Part shown: piece after piece, positions 1 to 14,278 of the stretch | How the letters are laid out: each line of letters begins with the position of its first letter | Numbering within the stretch: position 1 is the stretch's first letter | Origin: Cetorhinus maximus | Taxonomy: Eukaryota | Direction: 5' to 3' | Length of the DNA: 64,000 bases | Assembly (NCBI RefSeq): GCF_964194155.1 | Contig: NC_135899.1 | Span: 81,654,001 to 81,718,000, forward strand | Program-made: the position numbers and the translations under genes | The notes under the pieces: generated by a model | Database searches by the model: none | Seen by the model: only the letters and a program-made list of their open reading frames with translations | What the model was told of the DNA's origin: nothing

Positions 1-1839
1 CCTGGCAGGATGGGGGTGAAGGCAACCTTCCCACTCAGACGCCAATCGAGGCCATTAATAGAAAAACACATGCAGGAGAACAGAATGGAAGGCTGTGCTG
101 ATAGTCTGAGGTGAAGAAGGGTGGGAGGAGCTCATGTAAACTCTGGTATGGACCATTTGGGTCAATGGCCTGTTTCTGTCCGGTAGATTCTATGTAAATG
201 TCAAATTGCCATTCTCCATGGAAGCCTGAAAGCCCATTTGTAGGTTCTGGGGGAAGGGGTGAGTTTGAAATAGTAAATGTTTTTCAAGCCTTCCAGCCTT
301 GGGAGCCTTCCTGCTCCACCCCCAACCCCCTGCACCCCATGGGCTCTCCGGGGGTCAGTGGTGATCAGGTCAGGCCATATTGTCATGTGCTTTGGGCACC
401 CTAACCCTGGTGGAATATCCTGCCAGACAATGAACTGGAACACGGGGTGGCAGGCTGGGACTGTCACAACCAACCCTCCCACCTGACCTCCCACCGCCTG
501 GTTTAAATATTTCAGCCAGGCCAGGCACAAGCTTTACTCCCTCCCCACCACCCTCCCTAACATCCCCTCCTACCCCTCTCCAACCAGCAGGAAGCCCCAA
601 ATAGTCTCAGGCTTTGTAATAGGGCCAAAGGCCCTCTGGTCTGGGTCTCTGACCCTTTTCCCCTGACCATATCCCCCAGTGAACTGGGTGTTCTGGGAGA
701 GGGGTAAAGGTCAGAAAAATCCATTCAATCTCATTCCCCGTTGCCCAGCTCAGACCAGCCTCCCTGTTACATAGAGAAATAATTTTATTGCGTATTAAAG
801 AACCCACTGAGATGAAAAAAATAATGTTAGATTTTCTGTTCCTGGTATCAATGCAGCTATTTATATCTGGAATTTAATTATTTTAGTCACTGCTCTGCCT
901 TTTCAGCATGTTTTTCACAATGTTTATTAGAACTACAATCTCAAATGCAGGAAGACAAGAAAGGCGTTAATGAAGGGGTCAAATTCCGAAATTTTTAATT
1001 TAAAAAAAACCGTCCTGATTTCTTAGTAGAGTGAGAAAATAATTATAGGCCAGATATAGAACAGCCCATAATAGATGCAAATAACACTAATCTTGTACCA
1101 GTAGCTATTATACAGCTCACTGTTGACATGTGAAGATTTTAATTAAATATCGCTGAGTTTTATATCATCCTGAAACAGAATTAAAAAAAAATAAGTCTTC
1201 ATTACTGACTAATACAATGCAACAGTCGGGAGATATTGTGAAAGCTCCTTTGGATCAAATTTCATTTTGCCAGCAGAATCAATCTTTCCAGGCCTTTACC
1301 TTAATAAGGAAAATATAGAAAGAGTCAACAATCTATTTGCTGCCATTAGATATTTGCTGCTCACTTAGTAAGCACTGTACTGTATTCATTTCCAAACTAT
1401 CCCCAAGACATTTAGCAGCAGCTAATAGATATTCCACTTTATCAAATTAAATCACTGTGAAAAAGGCACTGGTGGCTAAACATTAAAGGTGGCTAAACAT
1501 CCCTGGTGCAAATAATGTATATCCACTCTGCTGCCGATATACAGCAGACCCATCAGAATGGGATTACAGAAAGGATCGGTGAATATTTTGCCTGTAGACA
1601 TTCACCCTCCTCCCCGTGAATGCCGTACAAGTCTCACGCTGCTGAAACTGGGGCGGTCTGGCTGCCCATGGCGCGGCGCGGCCAGGAGGCCTGGGTTGTT
1701 TCATATCCTCCCGAGGCAGGCGCTCCATTAATAGAAGGATAACTTACCGGGATCATTTTGGGCCTGTCTCAGGATCCCTTACAGGCCATGGGAAATCAGC
1801 TGAGCCATAGAAACAAAGCAGCACACACACGATTGCCAC

Positions 1840-2245
1840 TCAGAAATTCACTCCCTCCACCCATCAGCAGACCGTGGCAGCAGTGCGCACCAACTACAAG
1901 ATGCACTGCAGCGGCTTGCCAAATCTCCTTCCACAATTCCTCCCAAGCCTGCAACTTCTACCACCTCGAAGGACAAGGGGAGCAGTTAGATGGGAACATC
2001 ACCACCTGCAAATTCCCCTCCAAGCCACGCACCATCCTGACTTGGAAATATATCGCCGTTCCTTCACTGTCGCTGGGTCAAAATCCTGGAACTCACTTCC
2101 TAACAGCACTGTGGGTATACCTACACCACCTGGACTGCAGCAGTTCATAAGTGGCACGCCATTACCTTCTCAAAAGCAATTAGGATTGGGCAATAAGTGC
2201 TCTCCTGACAGCAATGCCCACATCCCATGAACTAATAGAAAAATT
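1840..2245 (+). mobile_element. 3' fragment of HER1-like (CR1 group) LINE
   Basis: Near-duplicate of 4205-4605 (YKMHCS...PLQATHHPDLEIYRRSFTVAGSKSWNSLP), with the same tail (gcaattaggattgggcaataa...cccacatcccatgaa) ending in A-rich sequence. Confidence 0.85.
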
Positions 2246-2624
2246 AGTGACAGCTTTTCTTTGCTGACCCAGGGCTGTGCAGCTGGGTGAAGTAGATTCA
2301 CAGCAAAATAATGCAAAAGGCCCATATAACTGCCATGTCACCACCTTATTAAGTAACTACACTGGCACTGAGACTGCTCCAAACACAAGCCCAATGTTGC
2401 CTCCTGATGGAAGCCCAGGATTTGCCTTTCGCTGTAAGCCTTGGAGAATGCTGAATCTCCCAGGTGCAGAGTGAAGGAGAATCTCTTCTATGGCATCAAA
2501 GAAAACTATTGGTGAAAAGGAAAATAAATGTCATTGTTCAGGCCCAGCCCTGAACTGCTCACAAAGAACAACACAGTGAATGGAGAGTTTAAACATGGAA
2601 AACATAGAAAATAGGAGCAACTGT

Positions 2625-4605
2625 AGGTAAGAAGAGTGAAGCCAGGAGCAGCACCAGGCCATACCTGAAAATGAGGCGCCAATCTGGTGAAGCTACAACA
2701 CAGGACTACTATTTGCCAAACAGCATAAGCAGCAAGCGATAGACAGAGTTAAACAATTCCACAACCAACAGATCAGATCTAAGCTCTGCAGCCCTGCCAC
2801 ATCCAGTCATGAATAGTGGTGGACAATTAAATAAACTACTGGAGGAGGAGGCTCCACAAATATTCCCATCCTCAATGATGGAGGAGCCCAGCATCTCAGT
2901 GCAAAAGATAAGGCTGAAGCATGTGCAACAATCTTCAGCCAGAAGTACCGAGTGGATGATCCATCATGGCCTCCTCCGGAGGTCCCCAGCATCACAGATG
3001 CCAGCCTTTAGCCAATTCGATTCACTCCATGTGATATTAAGAAACAGCTGAAGGCACTGGATACTGCAAAGGCTAGGGGCTCTGACAATATTCCAGCAAT
3101 AGTACTGAAGTCTTGTGCTCCAGAACTTGCCGCACCCCTAGCCAAGGTGTTCCAGTAGAGCTACAACACAGGTAGCTACCTGGCAATGTGGAAAATTGCC
3201 CAGGTATGTCCTGTACATAAAAAGCAGGACAGATCCAATCCAGCTAATTATTGCCCCATCAGTCTACTCTCCATCATCAGCAAAGTGACGGAGGGGGTCA
3301 TCAACAGTGCTATCAAGCAGCACTTGCTTAACAATAACCTGCTCACTGACGCCCAGTTTGTGTTCTACCAGGGTCACTCAGCTCCTGACCTCATTACAGC
3401 CTTGGTTCAAACATGGACAAAAGAGCTGAACTCCAGAGGTGAGGTGAGAGAGACTGCCCTTGACATCAAGGCAGCAGTTGACCGAGTGTGGCATCAAGGA
3501 GCCCTGGTAAAACTGGAGTCAGTGGGAATCAGGGGGAAACTCTCCACTGGTTGGAGTCATACCTAGCACAAAGGAAGATGGTTGTGGTTGTTGGAGGTCA
3601 ATCATCTCAGTTCCAGGACATCACTATAGGAGTCCCCCAGGGTAGTCTCCTAGGCCCAACCACCTTCAGCTACTTCATCAATGACCTTCCTTCCATCATA
3701 AGGTCAGAAGTGGGGATGTTCGCTGATGTTTGCACAATATTCAGCACCATTCGTGACTCCTCAGATACTGAAGCAGTCCATGTCCAAATGCAGCAAGACC
3801 TGGACAATGGGCTTGGGCTGACAAGTGGCAAATAACATTCGTGCCACACAAGTGCCAGGCAATGACCATCTCCAACAAGAGCGAATCTAACCATCACCCC
3901 ATGACATTCAATGGCAGTACCATTGCTGAATCCCCCAGTATCAACATCCTGGGAGTTATCACTGACCAGAAACTGAACTGGACTAGCCATATAAATACTG
4001 TGGCTATAAGAGCAGGCCAGAGGCCATCTTGCGGCGAGTAACTCACCTCCTGACTCCCCAAAGCCTGTCCACCATCTACAAGGCACAAGTCAGGAGTGTG
4101 ATGGAATACTCTCCACTTGCCTGGATGAGTGCAGCTCCCACACACTCAAGAAGCTTGACACTGCCCAGGACAATGCAACCCCCTTGATTGGCACCACATC
4201 CACAAACATTCACTCCCTCCACCACCGACGCACAGTGGCAGTAGTGTGTACCATCTACAAGATGCACTGCAGGAACTCACCAAGGCTCCTTCGGCAGCAC
4301 CTTCCAAACCCACGACCACTATCATCTAGAAGGACAAGGGCAGCAGACACATGGGAACACCACCAACTGGAGGTTCCCCTCCAAGCCACTCACCATCCTG
4401 ACTTGGAAATATATCGGCCTTCACTGTCACTGGGCCAAAATCCCTGAACTTGCTCCCTGACAGCACTGTGGGTGTACCTACACCACAGGGACTATAGCCT
4501 TTCAAGAAGGCAACTCACCATCACCTTCTCAAGGGCAGTTAGGATGGGCAACAAATACTGGCCCAGCCTCTAATGCCCACATCCCGTAAATGAATAAAAA
4601 AAAAT
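2625..4605 (+). mobile_element. 5'-truncated HER1-like LINE, frameshifted RT (ORF2)
   Basis: RT motifs across broken ORFs: WKIAQVCPVHKK..SNPANYCPISLLSIISK, ALDIKAAVDRVWH, GVPQGSLLGP, MFADV (FADD); 3' tail shared with the HE1 SINEs; A-rich end at ~4595. Confidence 0.9.
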
Positions 4606-6349
4606 AGACGCTTTGAGCCAGCTCTGCAAATAATGAAATGACTTTGAAGTTTGATTGCAAAAGTGAGACATTGAGACCTAAATGGGACTCTAGAATGGAG
4701 AGAAGCGACCGCTAGGGGGATCAAAGAAACAAAAACCACCAGGATCTTGAAAACACATACTCATGTAAAACAATTCTGCTGTGTTAGTTCTTTAATGCCA
4801 GGAAAATATTGACACTTGCCCACTGAAATACTTCACAAAATGCAAGTACTAACGTTCTTTAAATAAATTGCTTTTTATTTCTTCCAGTTATACAGAATTC
4901 CATTCTTTCACTTCCAGGGTAACCAGAGCCAGTTTGAATTACTCTGGGTTTGAATCCTGCTCCAGCCAGGTTCCTGTTTCCGATCGAGGGTCCTCCCATT
5001 GTCACAGTGTGCCAGCTGTCAGTCAAGATTTGGAAAAGACATCCCTCAAGGTCAAGTGAATTTATATATCAGCTTGTGCCTGGATTTGAATCCATAAGCT
5101 TCTGGCAGGATGGAAAGACCTGGCGGGCTATCAACTGGCATCACACGACTCCCTTAATCCAACCACCATCCGACAGCAAAGTGATACTTAGAGATATTAT
5201 TTACACGTCGACTCTTAGGAGGGAGTGCAGGTTGTTGCAAGTTCCTGCACAAGGAGGTGCACGACCAACTAGGCCACTCTTCCTACTGGCCAATTGTCGA
5301 TTCGCAGTAGCAGAAACCTGCCCAGCCTCTGGTTAATGTATGGGATGTACAGGATCAAGAGATAAACAATCTTAAAAAGAGGAGAAAGTAAAGGAAGCTC
5401 CACATTTCAATTGATACAGAGACGGTTAAAATCCACAGAGCAAGTAGGGATTTGGCACATTCAAAAAGCATCTGTGTGGAACAAAACACCCAACGCACAA
5501 GTCAGAAGAGTGTGACAACTAGATTTCTGACATGTGGGTCATGCAATAATGCTTCAATCTGCAATAAATCTCTGGAAGTACCCAATATATTACTGATCTC
5601 ATTTTGTAGGCTGACCAGTTTGAAGAGTAGTGTGAGATGTCCAAGCGAAGGATTCATTCATCCTTTACACAGCCAGGTCAAACCATTCCATTTTACTAGT
5701 GGAGAATAGATTTTATCGGAGTTACATTTCTTTGGCAGGAAATCCACTTGTTAAACTCTGAGGCAGCTATATGTGACTCAAATGATTGAATTCTTTATTA
5801 ATTAATATATAAAGCATAAATCAGCTCTTCGTTAGTATGCTGTGGCTAAGTGCTACATTCTTCCTCATCTTTTCCAAGTGGTCAGCTGTTGTTCATCTTC
5901 GAATTGGATACAAATTAGCTGGGGTTGAGAATTTGATTTGCTCTAGATTTTGTATCTAAATTTGGCTTGAAGACTTCATATTCACATTTACAAGTGAACA
6001 TTCAATCAAAATTTAGAGTACACAATTCCATAACCAATGCTTTGCACAGAATTGTTGAAAAGAATTGTCTTTTGTCATCGGTTCAAACAGTCTGGTATAA
6101 AGCCAAATGCTGTACTCCTTCCTAAACCAGCACAGATCATAGAGACATACATGTTTGTGTGCGGTAAACTCGCACCACTTGGCTGCCAATGAACATATGT
6201 ATGTATCTAATAGAAGCTAATTTGTCATCCTGCTCATTAGGTAGGGAATTAGGTGGACTCACTGGTGTCATAAGTCTGTCTGCCACCAACTCTACAACAT
6301 GGACTGTGTAGTTTAGCCAACTTACATTTATTCTAACAGGAAGCAAGAC

Positions 6350-6570
6350 AAGCTTTCACAATTTCAGGAGATCCCAAGACATTCAATGAAGTTCTCGTAA
6401 AATAGAATTGCAGTCACTGTTGCAATGTAGGAAGGCAATGCTGCAGTCAATATGTGCACAGTAAGCTCCCATAAACAGTAGTGAAATAAGTGACCCGATC
6501 ATCTGCTTTAGATGTCAGTTGAGGGATGAATGTTGGCCAGGACAATAGAGAACTCCCCTTCTCTTCTGAG
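6350..6570 (-). mobile_element. DeuSINE (SacSINE1-like) partial copy
   Basis: Same-strand similarity to the 40955-41412 copy (gtcactgttgcaatgtaggaa...gatgaatgttggccaggaca...gagaactcccct). Confidence 0.7.
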
Positions 6571-6574
6571 GCAT

Positions 6575-7680
6575 TTTACACAGTGAAACACCAAGCAAAA
6601 GTGGGATGATTCGGACAGGTGAACAAAAACATGGTTGAATGCGTAGGTTTACAGAATGTATTTAAGGGTTGGGTAAAAGCGAATAAGATCGAAGAGCTTA
6701 GGGAGGCAATTCTGGAGATAAAGACCAAGTTATCTATTGATGGTGGAATTGATCCGAGGGGGTGAGGGTTGTACGGGGAAGGACACTGTTGTGGAAGCAT
6801 GTTCAATTGACGCATTCAAGAGGGCATTAGATAATTATTTGATAGAAACAATGTGTGGGGGTACAGGGAAAAGGCAGGGCAATGGCACTAGGTCACAATG
6901 CTCATTTGGAGAGCTGCTACAGACACGATGGGCCGAATGGCCTCCTTCTGTGATTCTGTGACATTACTGGAACCATGGGCACACAGCAGGACATAAAAGT
7001 GAAGGAGATCATTGAGATGGTGTTTGCCAAGGGTCTAGTAGGATTTATGAGAATTTGAAAACCGTTGTTTGGGGAATAAAAAGCTGATGTAGGGTGGCAA
7101 GGATTTGAGTGATGGGCAGGTTGTTGGAATTAAAGGAGAGGATTATGCAGCAGTGGAGATTAGAAAGGACAGAAGTGTGGGAATAAGCGTTTTTGGAATG
7201 AGTTGGGATACAAGCAAGCAATGTTGCTGATGTGGCCTTAAGCAGTCCTGACCCATTTATGTTTTGGGATTTGAAGTGCAGTTCTGGGTTGAGAGAACAT
7301 TGACATTATACAGCAACACATTGATTGAACAATCAGGAAGGCGGATGAAATCAGTTAGAAGAGTGCCTGGTGGATGGCAGGGACCAAATAAATAGTTTTT
7401 TTTTCAAATATTCAACTTAATGAAGTTGTAGCAAACTCACAACCTGATGTTAAGATATTTTTGAACTTGAGGAGAACAGTGGAAAAGTCTGTCATCAGCA
7501 AATCTATGGAAACTAAACCCATACTGCTGAATGTCACTGAGGAGGACAAATAAAAAGCGAGATAAAGCGAGGGAAAGGAACCCTTCAGGCACACCAAAGA
7601 TGACTCTGTGGAGCAGGATGAGAAGCCATTGCTGAAGATCTGGTTGCTATTGTGGCACAGGTCGTTGGTATAAGTCATAT
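6575..7680 (-). mobile_element. Degraded L2-like LINE remnant with a CR1 3' end (6780-6962, +) inserted
   Basis: 6640-6750 resembles the L2-type 3' segments at 45130 and 57050; 6780-6962 matches the CR1 tail at 62590-62780 (gcattcaagagggcatt.gat...gatgggccgaatggcctcct). Confidence 0.5.
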
Positions 7681-8269
7681 AGACCCTTCCACTTAACTAC
7701 TCACTGTACATTTTACAGGATTACACTGGGAAGACTGCAAACCAGGTCAGGATCAGGATACATTGGGTCCTGGTCTTGTAACAGTGCCTGTTCGAGACTG
7801 CATTAGCTCGTCAAATCAAGCCAGTTGGTGTAATGGGGTGGGGCTACCCATGTGGGCAGTTCCCATGTTTGGAGCTCTCAAAGGGATCTATTATAGGGTT
7901 GCTGACAGTAACACACTTTGCCAAACAGTGGAAGTAGGGCCTACTTAATCCCAGCCTGTGCCTCAAAGAGTTGGAGTAGAATTTAAAAAAAAACATTTCA
8001 ATGCAGCTCCCTAAATATTGTAATTGTCCATCCAAAACTGGCACTTTTCTCCCTCCCCACCCCCCCTTAGTTAATGCTGGCACTCTCCTCCTGCTTCCCT
8101 AACCATCACCCTGCTCCAGATTTCTCCCCTGTCCTCATACCCACACCTCCTGGTTCTGGAGCTCTCCCCTATTGCTGCCGTGCATCCTACTGCTACATGC
8201 TGTGGGAGGAAATTCACGATTGTTTCTGAATTCCTACCCACAGTACACAGCAGTTTTCAATTATTGTAG

Positions 8270-9035
8270 CAGCAACAGTAGGAATACAGTAGTGATGGAG
8301 CACTACACAGTCAGAGGTGTCATGTTTTAGATAGATGTTAAAGTGAGGTCCTTTCTTCATTCTTTCGTGGGATACGAACGTCACTGGCAAGGCCAGCATT
8401 TGTTGCCCATCCCTAATTGCCCTTGAACTGAGTGGTTTGCTAGGCCATTTCAGAGCGCAGTTAACAATCAAACACATGTAGGTCAGAGCAGGATAGCACA
8501 TTTCCTTCTCTAAAGGGCATTAGCGATCCGGATAGGTTTTTGAATCACAATTAATGATAGCTGACACGGTCACCATTACTGAGACCATCTTTAAATTCTA
8601 GATCTATTAATCGAATTGAAATTTCACCAGTTATCATGGTGGGATTTGAACCCATGTCCCCACAGCATTAGCCTGGGCCTCCAGATTACTAGTCCAATGA
8701 CACTACCACTACAAGACCATCTCCCTAATAACGTCCGTCTGTCCTCTCAGGGCGTAAAGGATTCCATGACACTTTTCCGAAGAGGAGCAGGGGAATTCTC
8801 CCTGGTGTCCTGGCCAATATCTATCCTTCGCACACCATTGCAAAGACAAATAATCATGTCATTATCACATTGTTGTTTGTGGGAGCTTGCTGTGCACAAA
8901 TTGGTTGCCTTGTTTCCTACATTACAACAGGGACTACACTTCAAAAAAAGTGATTGATTGGCTGTAAGTGATTGGCGCTTTGGGATGTCCTGAGGTTGTG
9001 AAACGTGCCATAGAAATGCAAATCTTTTTTTGCTT
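8270..9035 (+). mobile_element. DeuSINE (SacSINE1-like) split by an HE1 insertion
   Basis: Deu core stops at ...gttaaagtgaggtcc (8351) and resumes at gtccgtctgtcctctcagg (~8733); tail gcgctttgggatgtcctgagg...tagaaatgcaaatctttt. Confidence 0.8.
8352..8725 (-). mobile_element. HE1-like V-SINE
   Basis: tRNA-like head on the minus strand (gggagatgg...gtagtggtagt; gggttcaaatccc B-box) and HER1-type 3' tail. Confidence 0.85.
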
Positions 9036-11655
9036 ACCTTTGCTTTCAGTGCTCTGATGTGCTCTCATTTCCAGCCAGCAATCTACACAGTGCTTAATTT
9101 GGAAACACCCCAATCCAAGCCAAGCATGGACGGCTGTTCGGTAAGGTGTGCGTAAGGAACCCAACTTTGAATGTGACAAACCCAAGCTCAAAACGTTCTC
9201 AAGTAGATTCAAGAGGAAATTCAAGATGGCCGAATTCTGACCACTTTGGAATATGATGCAATTTAACTCTCTCTCTCTCTCTCTCTAACATGAGAACTTT
9301 TCAATTCAACTCTAATATTGTCAGGAATGAAGGAAAAACATTTACATATGGAGAAGTTACACACTGAGGGAGCTTTCAGAATAACCACATCTTTCCCAGA
9401 GCGCAACATCTGGAAATTAATTCCTGCAAACTTTTTGAGATTAATATTGCAGTTGGGAAAATCATTGATTATAGAATATTTCTAAAATTGCAGCAATCTT
9501 GCAACAAGCCGGACAGATGATGGATTGTTAACAGCTGTTGTTCGAAATTTTGAAGAGAAGCAGTGTCTTGCACCCAGCACCTGGATCATCGGAGAGAATG
9601 TGTTTGACATGCCGAGGGGAAAAATGATGGCAAAGCATAAATCAACACTCAAAATCAAGCAGACATATTCTTGTGCGATTGTAAATCTCCATGGATTAAG
9701 TCTACTAATTGTGACACCCAGTGGAAATAAAATAATTCCATTTATCTAACGGTACCTTATAGAGAAAATCCATCAGTCTGTTCAAAATTGGAAACCTGAA
9801 CATTACCTTGAGAAAGAAATCCCTGAGGCAGTAATAACTGCCTCTTCATTCTGCATATTTGCAGTTTCCGAAGTATTACTTACGGATCTGACAAGATAAT
9901 CTTGGCCATTGTATGCAAGAATCGATATCTGCCTTTATTTTATCTGATATTTCAGATAGCAGGTGTAAATCAAACATTTATTTAAAAAAAAAAGGAGGCA
10001 AAAACAGCGCAGGTCCTCTGGTCTTCTCCTGCAGTAACTCTGGGCAGATGTGCAGCAGAGGAGCCACAAGTCAGGCCGCACTCCGGACACACCAGCTCCC
10101 AGCCTTCCCCAGGGCCCTGTGAGGAACAGGGCCCTTGGTCAACCGAAACAAAGGAGAGCATTTTTGGCTGAGGGGTGGGGATATTCACAAGCCAAGACTT
10201 CCCTTGCCTTTTTGTGGGACGTTGGTGGGCTGATATGCTGAGCGAGCCCTTCTTGGGCCTGCGAAATGATTCATATTTGGGCTCTCCTTGGGGTCCAGGC
10301 CTTGACTGTGGCCTAGCTCCCCCCAAAGAAAATGCATAACTTCCAGCAACATTTTGGCCCTCGTCTAAGGTGGCCTGAGAGGACACTTCTAACCTATCAG
10401 TGGGTTGTGAGGGGCGGGGCACTCAACACTTACTTGGCACGCATTGCTGGGATCCCTAGGTTCTTCAGCCTAACTGGCACTCCAACAGGTGCCTACAGAG
10501 GTTCTTTAAATTGAGTGACCTCCCTGAACCTCAGGATCACAGACAGGCTCTCTCTGGCATTTAAGCAGGGATGTCAGGGCCATGAATTTTTCCTGCAATT
10601 GTTTCAGCCAACTGCGTCAATGCGGGGTCTGAGTGAGGATCATTTTGGAAAAGTTGGTGTGCCTGACTTGCGGGGTACAGTTGGAGCCAGTCACTGTATT
10701 TGAATGAAATATCCACCATAAAGGAGTTTTCTTTGTGGTTTCAATGCGTATCACATGATCCGAAGAACTGAACCATTAAGAGAATCTGTTACAAAGGAGC
10801 AATTTTATTCATGGGAAATGTATGCAAAAATTGCAATATTCAGATGTTGCAGGTTATCAGGGATAGATGGGAATGTGGAATTCAAAACACAAACTGATCA
10901 GCCATGATCTTATTGAATGGCAGAGCAGGCACAAGGGGTGGAATGGCCTACTCCTGCTCCTATTTTGTATATTCACATGTTTGTATAGTAGCACCTTATT
11001 CAAAAGGTTGAAGATGTGTTAAAGTTGTTCTTGTTTGCTTGAATAAATGGCTGTAATGTGAAATAAATCACTGCTCATGTGGTTAAGCTTAACACCAATG
11101 ATGTACATCATTGCATCTTGAAAATCTATTAAAGAGACAGCTCTGACTTCTCAACCAGAAGTAATGTTGCTCATCAGAATCATGCTCTAAAAGAGGCTAT
11201 ATAAAACCGTTACATACTAATTCTAAATGTATTTGTTTTGTACAGTTTAACAGTTTTAGATCTTGCTGTGACTTTCTTCCGTGTATAAATTAACGTGTAA
11301 ATAAATCCTACCATGTAGCTTTAGCGCGTACAAATTGGTCTCAAGGCATATTGTCTTCTTCCATTTGGACGGGGCAGGAGGATGTGATGAGAATCCACAT
11401 ACTGAACAAATATATCCACATTGGAGGTTGGTTGTTAAACTTGGGCTAATTGAGTGATAAGTGTCACAAATAAGGATGCAAGTTTTGGTTCATAGGAAAC
11501 TTGTCTGGCTGTGTACATGTCAAGATGCTGAGACAAAGCCCAATTTTAACAATAGCATTAAAGCTAAATTTACTATTTAGTAAATAGGAGGTCTGAAGAT
11601 GGTCATCAAGGCAGACTAACCTCCCTCCAAACTCTGTTTTGCCACAATAAATCTA

Positions 11656-12956
11656 GAGCAGGATTTTCAAATACTGGAAGGGTCAAGACTTGGCATGGGT
11701 GTGATTTCAAAATCGCCGTCCCAAAGGTTGTTTCAGGATTCCCATTCCTCCAGAACATTTTGAAATTTTCAACGAGCTGGCGGTTAGTGGGGAGGGGTGG
11801 GTGGGAGGGTCGAGATAAAAAAGGGACCCCTTTCGTCACCAACTAACAGTTCTGCTTAAATTCCTTTAGAAGCTTATCAAGGGGCTGGGACATTTGGGAA
11901 TAAGGGGCAGGATTTTATGTCCACCTGGCGGGCATGTGCCCGGCCTGATCGGGCGTCACATGTTGTGTGATGACGTTGGGACGCTTGCCCGCACTCTTGC
12001 GATCTTTCGGGCTGTAGGCGTGTGCTAGAGTCAGCAACGTGCCCGCCGACAATTAGGAGGCCTATTAAGGTCCTTAAAGTGTTAATTAAGTTGTATTTCT
12101 CGTTGCCCGCTCAACCGTTTGGTTGGCGGGCGGGCGAATAGACCAGGCGGCCTTTGCACTTTTTTACGAAACCTCATCCACGGGTGGGATGAGATTTCCA
12201 ACGGTAAGTTAAAAAACTCAAAAAGCATTTTACGCTTCATTTTAAAGATGTCCCTCTTCAGGGGACAGGATCACATGTGGGAACATGTTTACATCATTTA
12301 TTAAATCCTCATTTTCCTTTGTCCAATTCTTCAGTTCCCTGAGGCAGCCCTGTTGTGCCCTCAGGGAGTTTTCGGCGCACACTCCCCAGCGCCTGCGCAG
12401 ACTTCCGCGCCCGCCCTCCTCCCGCAACCCCCCCCTACCCCGGCAGTGCTGAGCCTTTCACGCTGGCTGCCCGTTAATTGGCCAGCCGGTGTGAAATTGC
12501 AGTGGGGGCCCCGATCGTGGTCTCGGCCTGTTTTGCGGCCGTTCCCGGGCCTGCCCATAATTTTAAAAGCTGCTTTTGGCTTACCTGAACCGTCTGGTGC
12601 AGGCGAGTGCACAGCTGCTGTGTTCACTGCGGGACGCAGGGAAGGTTTTTCATTGGACGGTGAAAGTTATCAGCCCCGCAGGTAACCTCTGCCAGAACAT
12701 GTGCATTACCTCTGCTAGGCCTGGTTGCGCTCAGGCCAACTATTTGCTCTCTTGGGCAAGGCAGTAACAGGCTCCAACGTAGCGGCCGCCAGTTCCCTGC
12801 CATCTGGAGATGTACGGTGTCACTGATTTGTCGCTTGAGCTCCCCTCTTGCCCAATTAGGGCATTTAGATTCAAAAATAGCGTCACGTTAGCGACGCCGT
12901 TGAGACCCATAATTCCTGAGTGTCGGAGTCCTGACCCCGCTTTGAAAATCCGGCAA
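11656..12956. mobile_element. Older Harbinger-type MITE (outer element of a nest)
   Basis: Imperfect TIRs: GCAGGATTTTCAAA...GGGTCAAGACT at left, AGTCCTGACCCC..TTTGAAAATCCGGC at right. Confidence 0.6.
11905..12575 (-). mobile_element. Harbinger-derived MITE (inner element)
   Basis: Starts GGGCAGGATTTT; contains the family hairpin aaacctcatccacgggtgggatgag and the tccctgaggcagc..gcctcaggga motif; right TIR decayed. Confidence 0.75.
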
Positions 12957-13419
12957 AGTGATGTGTAAATTATGACGCTGTATTCAAGCAAACCACAAGC
13001 AGCTCCTCCATTGATCAGAAACTGAACTGGGCCAGCTAAAAAATTCTGTGGCTACAAGAGCAGGTCAGAGGCTGGGAATCCTGCGACGAGTAGCTCACCT
13101 CCTGACTCCCCAAAGCCTGTCCACCATCTACAAGGCGTAAGTCAGGAGTGTGATAGAATACTCTCCACTTTCCTGGATGAGTACACCTCCCACAACACAG
13201 CTTGACATCACCCAGGCACAGCTTGTTTGGCCACCACCTTAAACATTCACTCCCTCCAGCACCAGCACACAGTAGCAGCAGTGTGTACCATCTACAAGAT
13301 GCACTGCAGCAACTCACCAAGGCTCCTTCAGTTGCACCTACCATCTCGAAGGACTAGGACAGCAGATGCATGGGAACACCTCCATCTTCTCCCCCCAAGC
13401 TACAGACCATTCTGACTTC

Positions 13420-13748
13420 TTAATTAATTCATGGGATGTGGCTAGGCCAGCATTTATTGCCCATCCCTAATTGCCCTCATTAAGAGGGCATTTAAGAGTC
13501 AATCACATTGCTGTGAGTCTGGAGTCACATGTAGGCCAGACCAGGTGAGGACAGCAGATTTCCTTCCCGAAAGGACGTTAGTGAACCAGATGGGTTTTAA
13601 CAACAATCGGCAATGGTTTTGTGGACTTTTAATAAGTTTAAATTTCACCATTTGCTGTGGGGGGGGATTCAAACCCGGAACCCAGAACTTTACCCTGGGT
13701 GTCTGGAATACCAGTCCAGTGACAATACCACTCTGCCATCACCTCCCC
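13420..13748 (-). mobile_element. HE1-like V-SINE
   Basis: Colinear with the 16270-16642 copy. Confidence 0.85.
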
Positions 13749-13761
13749 TTTACTCCTGGAA

Positions 13762-14278
13762 AACCATAGAACCATTGAAAAGTTACAGCACAGAAGGAGG
13801 CCACTCGGCCCATCTTGTCTATGCCAGCCCAAGGACACCCAGGTGCCCTTTCTAATCCCACCTTCCTGCACCTGGCCCATAGCCCTGCAGCTTACAGCAC
13901 TTAAGGTGCAGATCCAGGTACTTTTTAAAAGAGTTTAGAGTTTCTGCCTCTACCACCAACTTGGGCAGCGAATTCCAGACACCCACTACCCTCTGCGTAA
14001 AAAAGTTCTTCCTCATGCCCCCCTACATCTTCTGCCACTTATCTTGAATCTATGTCCCCTGGTTCTAGAATTCTCCATCAGGGGAAACAATTTTATCCTG
14101 TCCACTCTATCTATTTCCCTCATAATTTTGTGCACCTCAATCAAGTCACCTCTCAGCCTTCTTTGTTCTAAGGAAAATAACCCCAACCTATCCAATCTCT
14201 CCTCATAGCTACACTTTTCTAACCCTGGCAACCTTCTTGTAAACCTCCTCTGCACTCTCTCCAGAGCTATTACGTCCT
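13762..14278 (-). mobile_element. CR1 LINE 3' fragment
   Basis: QRRFTRRLPGLEKCSYEERLDRLGLFSLEQRRLRGDLIEV...TRGH; flanked by TCCTGGAA at 13754-13761 and 14279-14286 (putative TSD). Confidence 0.9.

Noticed and set aside
1471-1500. 13-bp direct repeat ggtggctaaacat (similar small duplication at 58934-58980)
   Set aside because: Ordinary micro-duplication; too short to interpret
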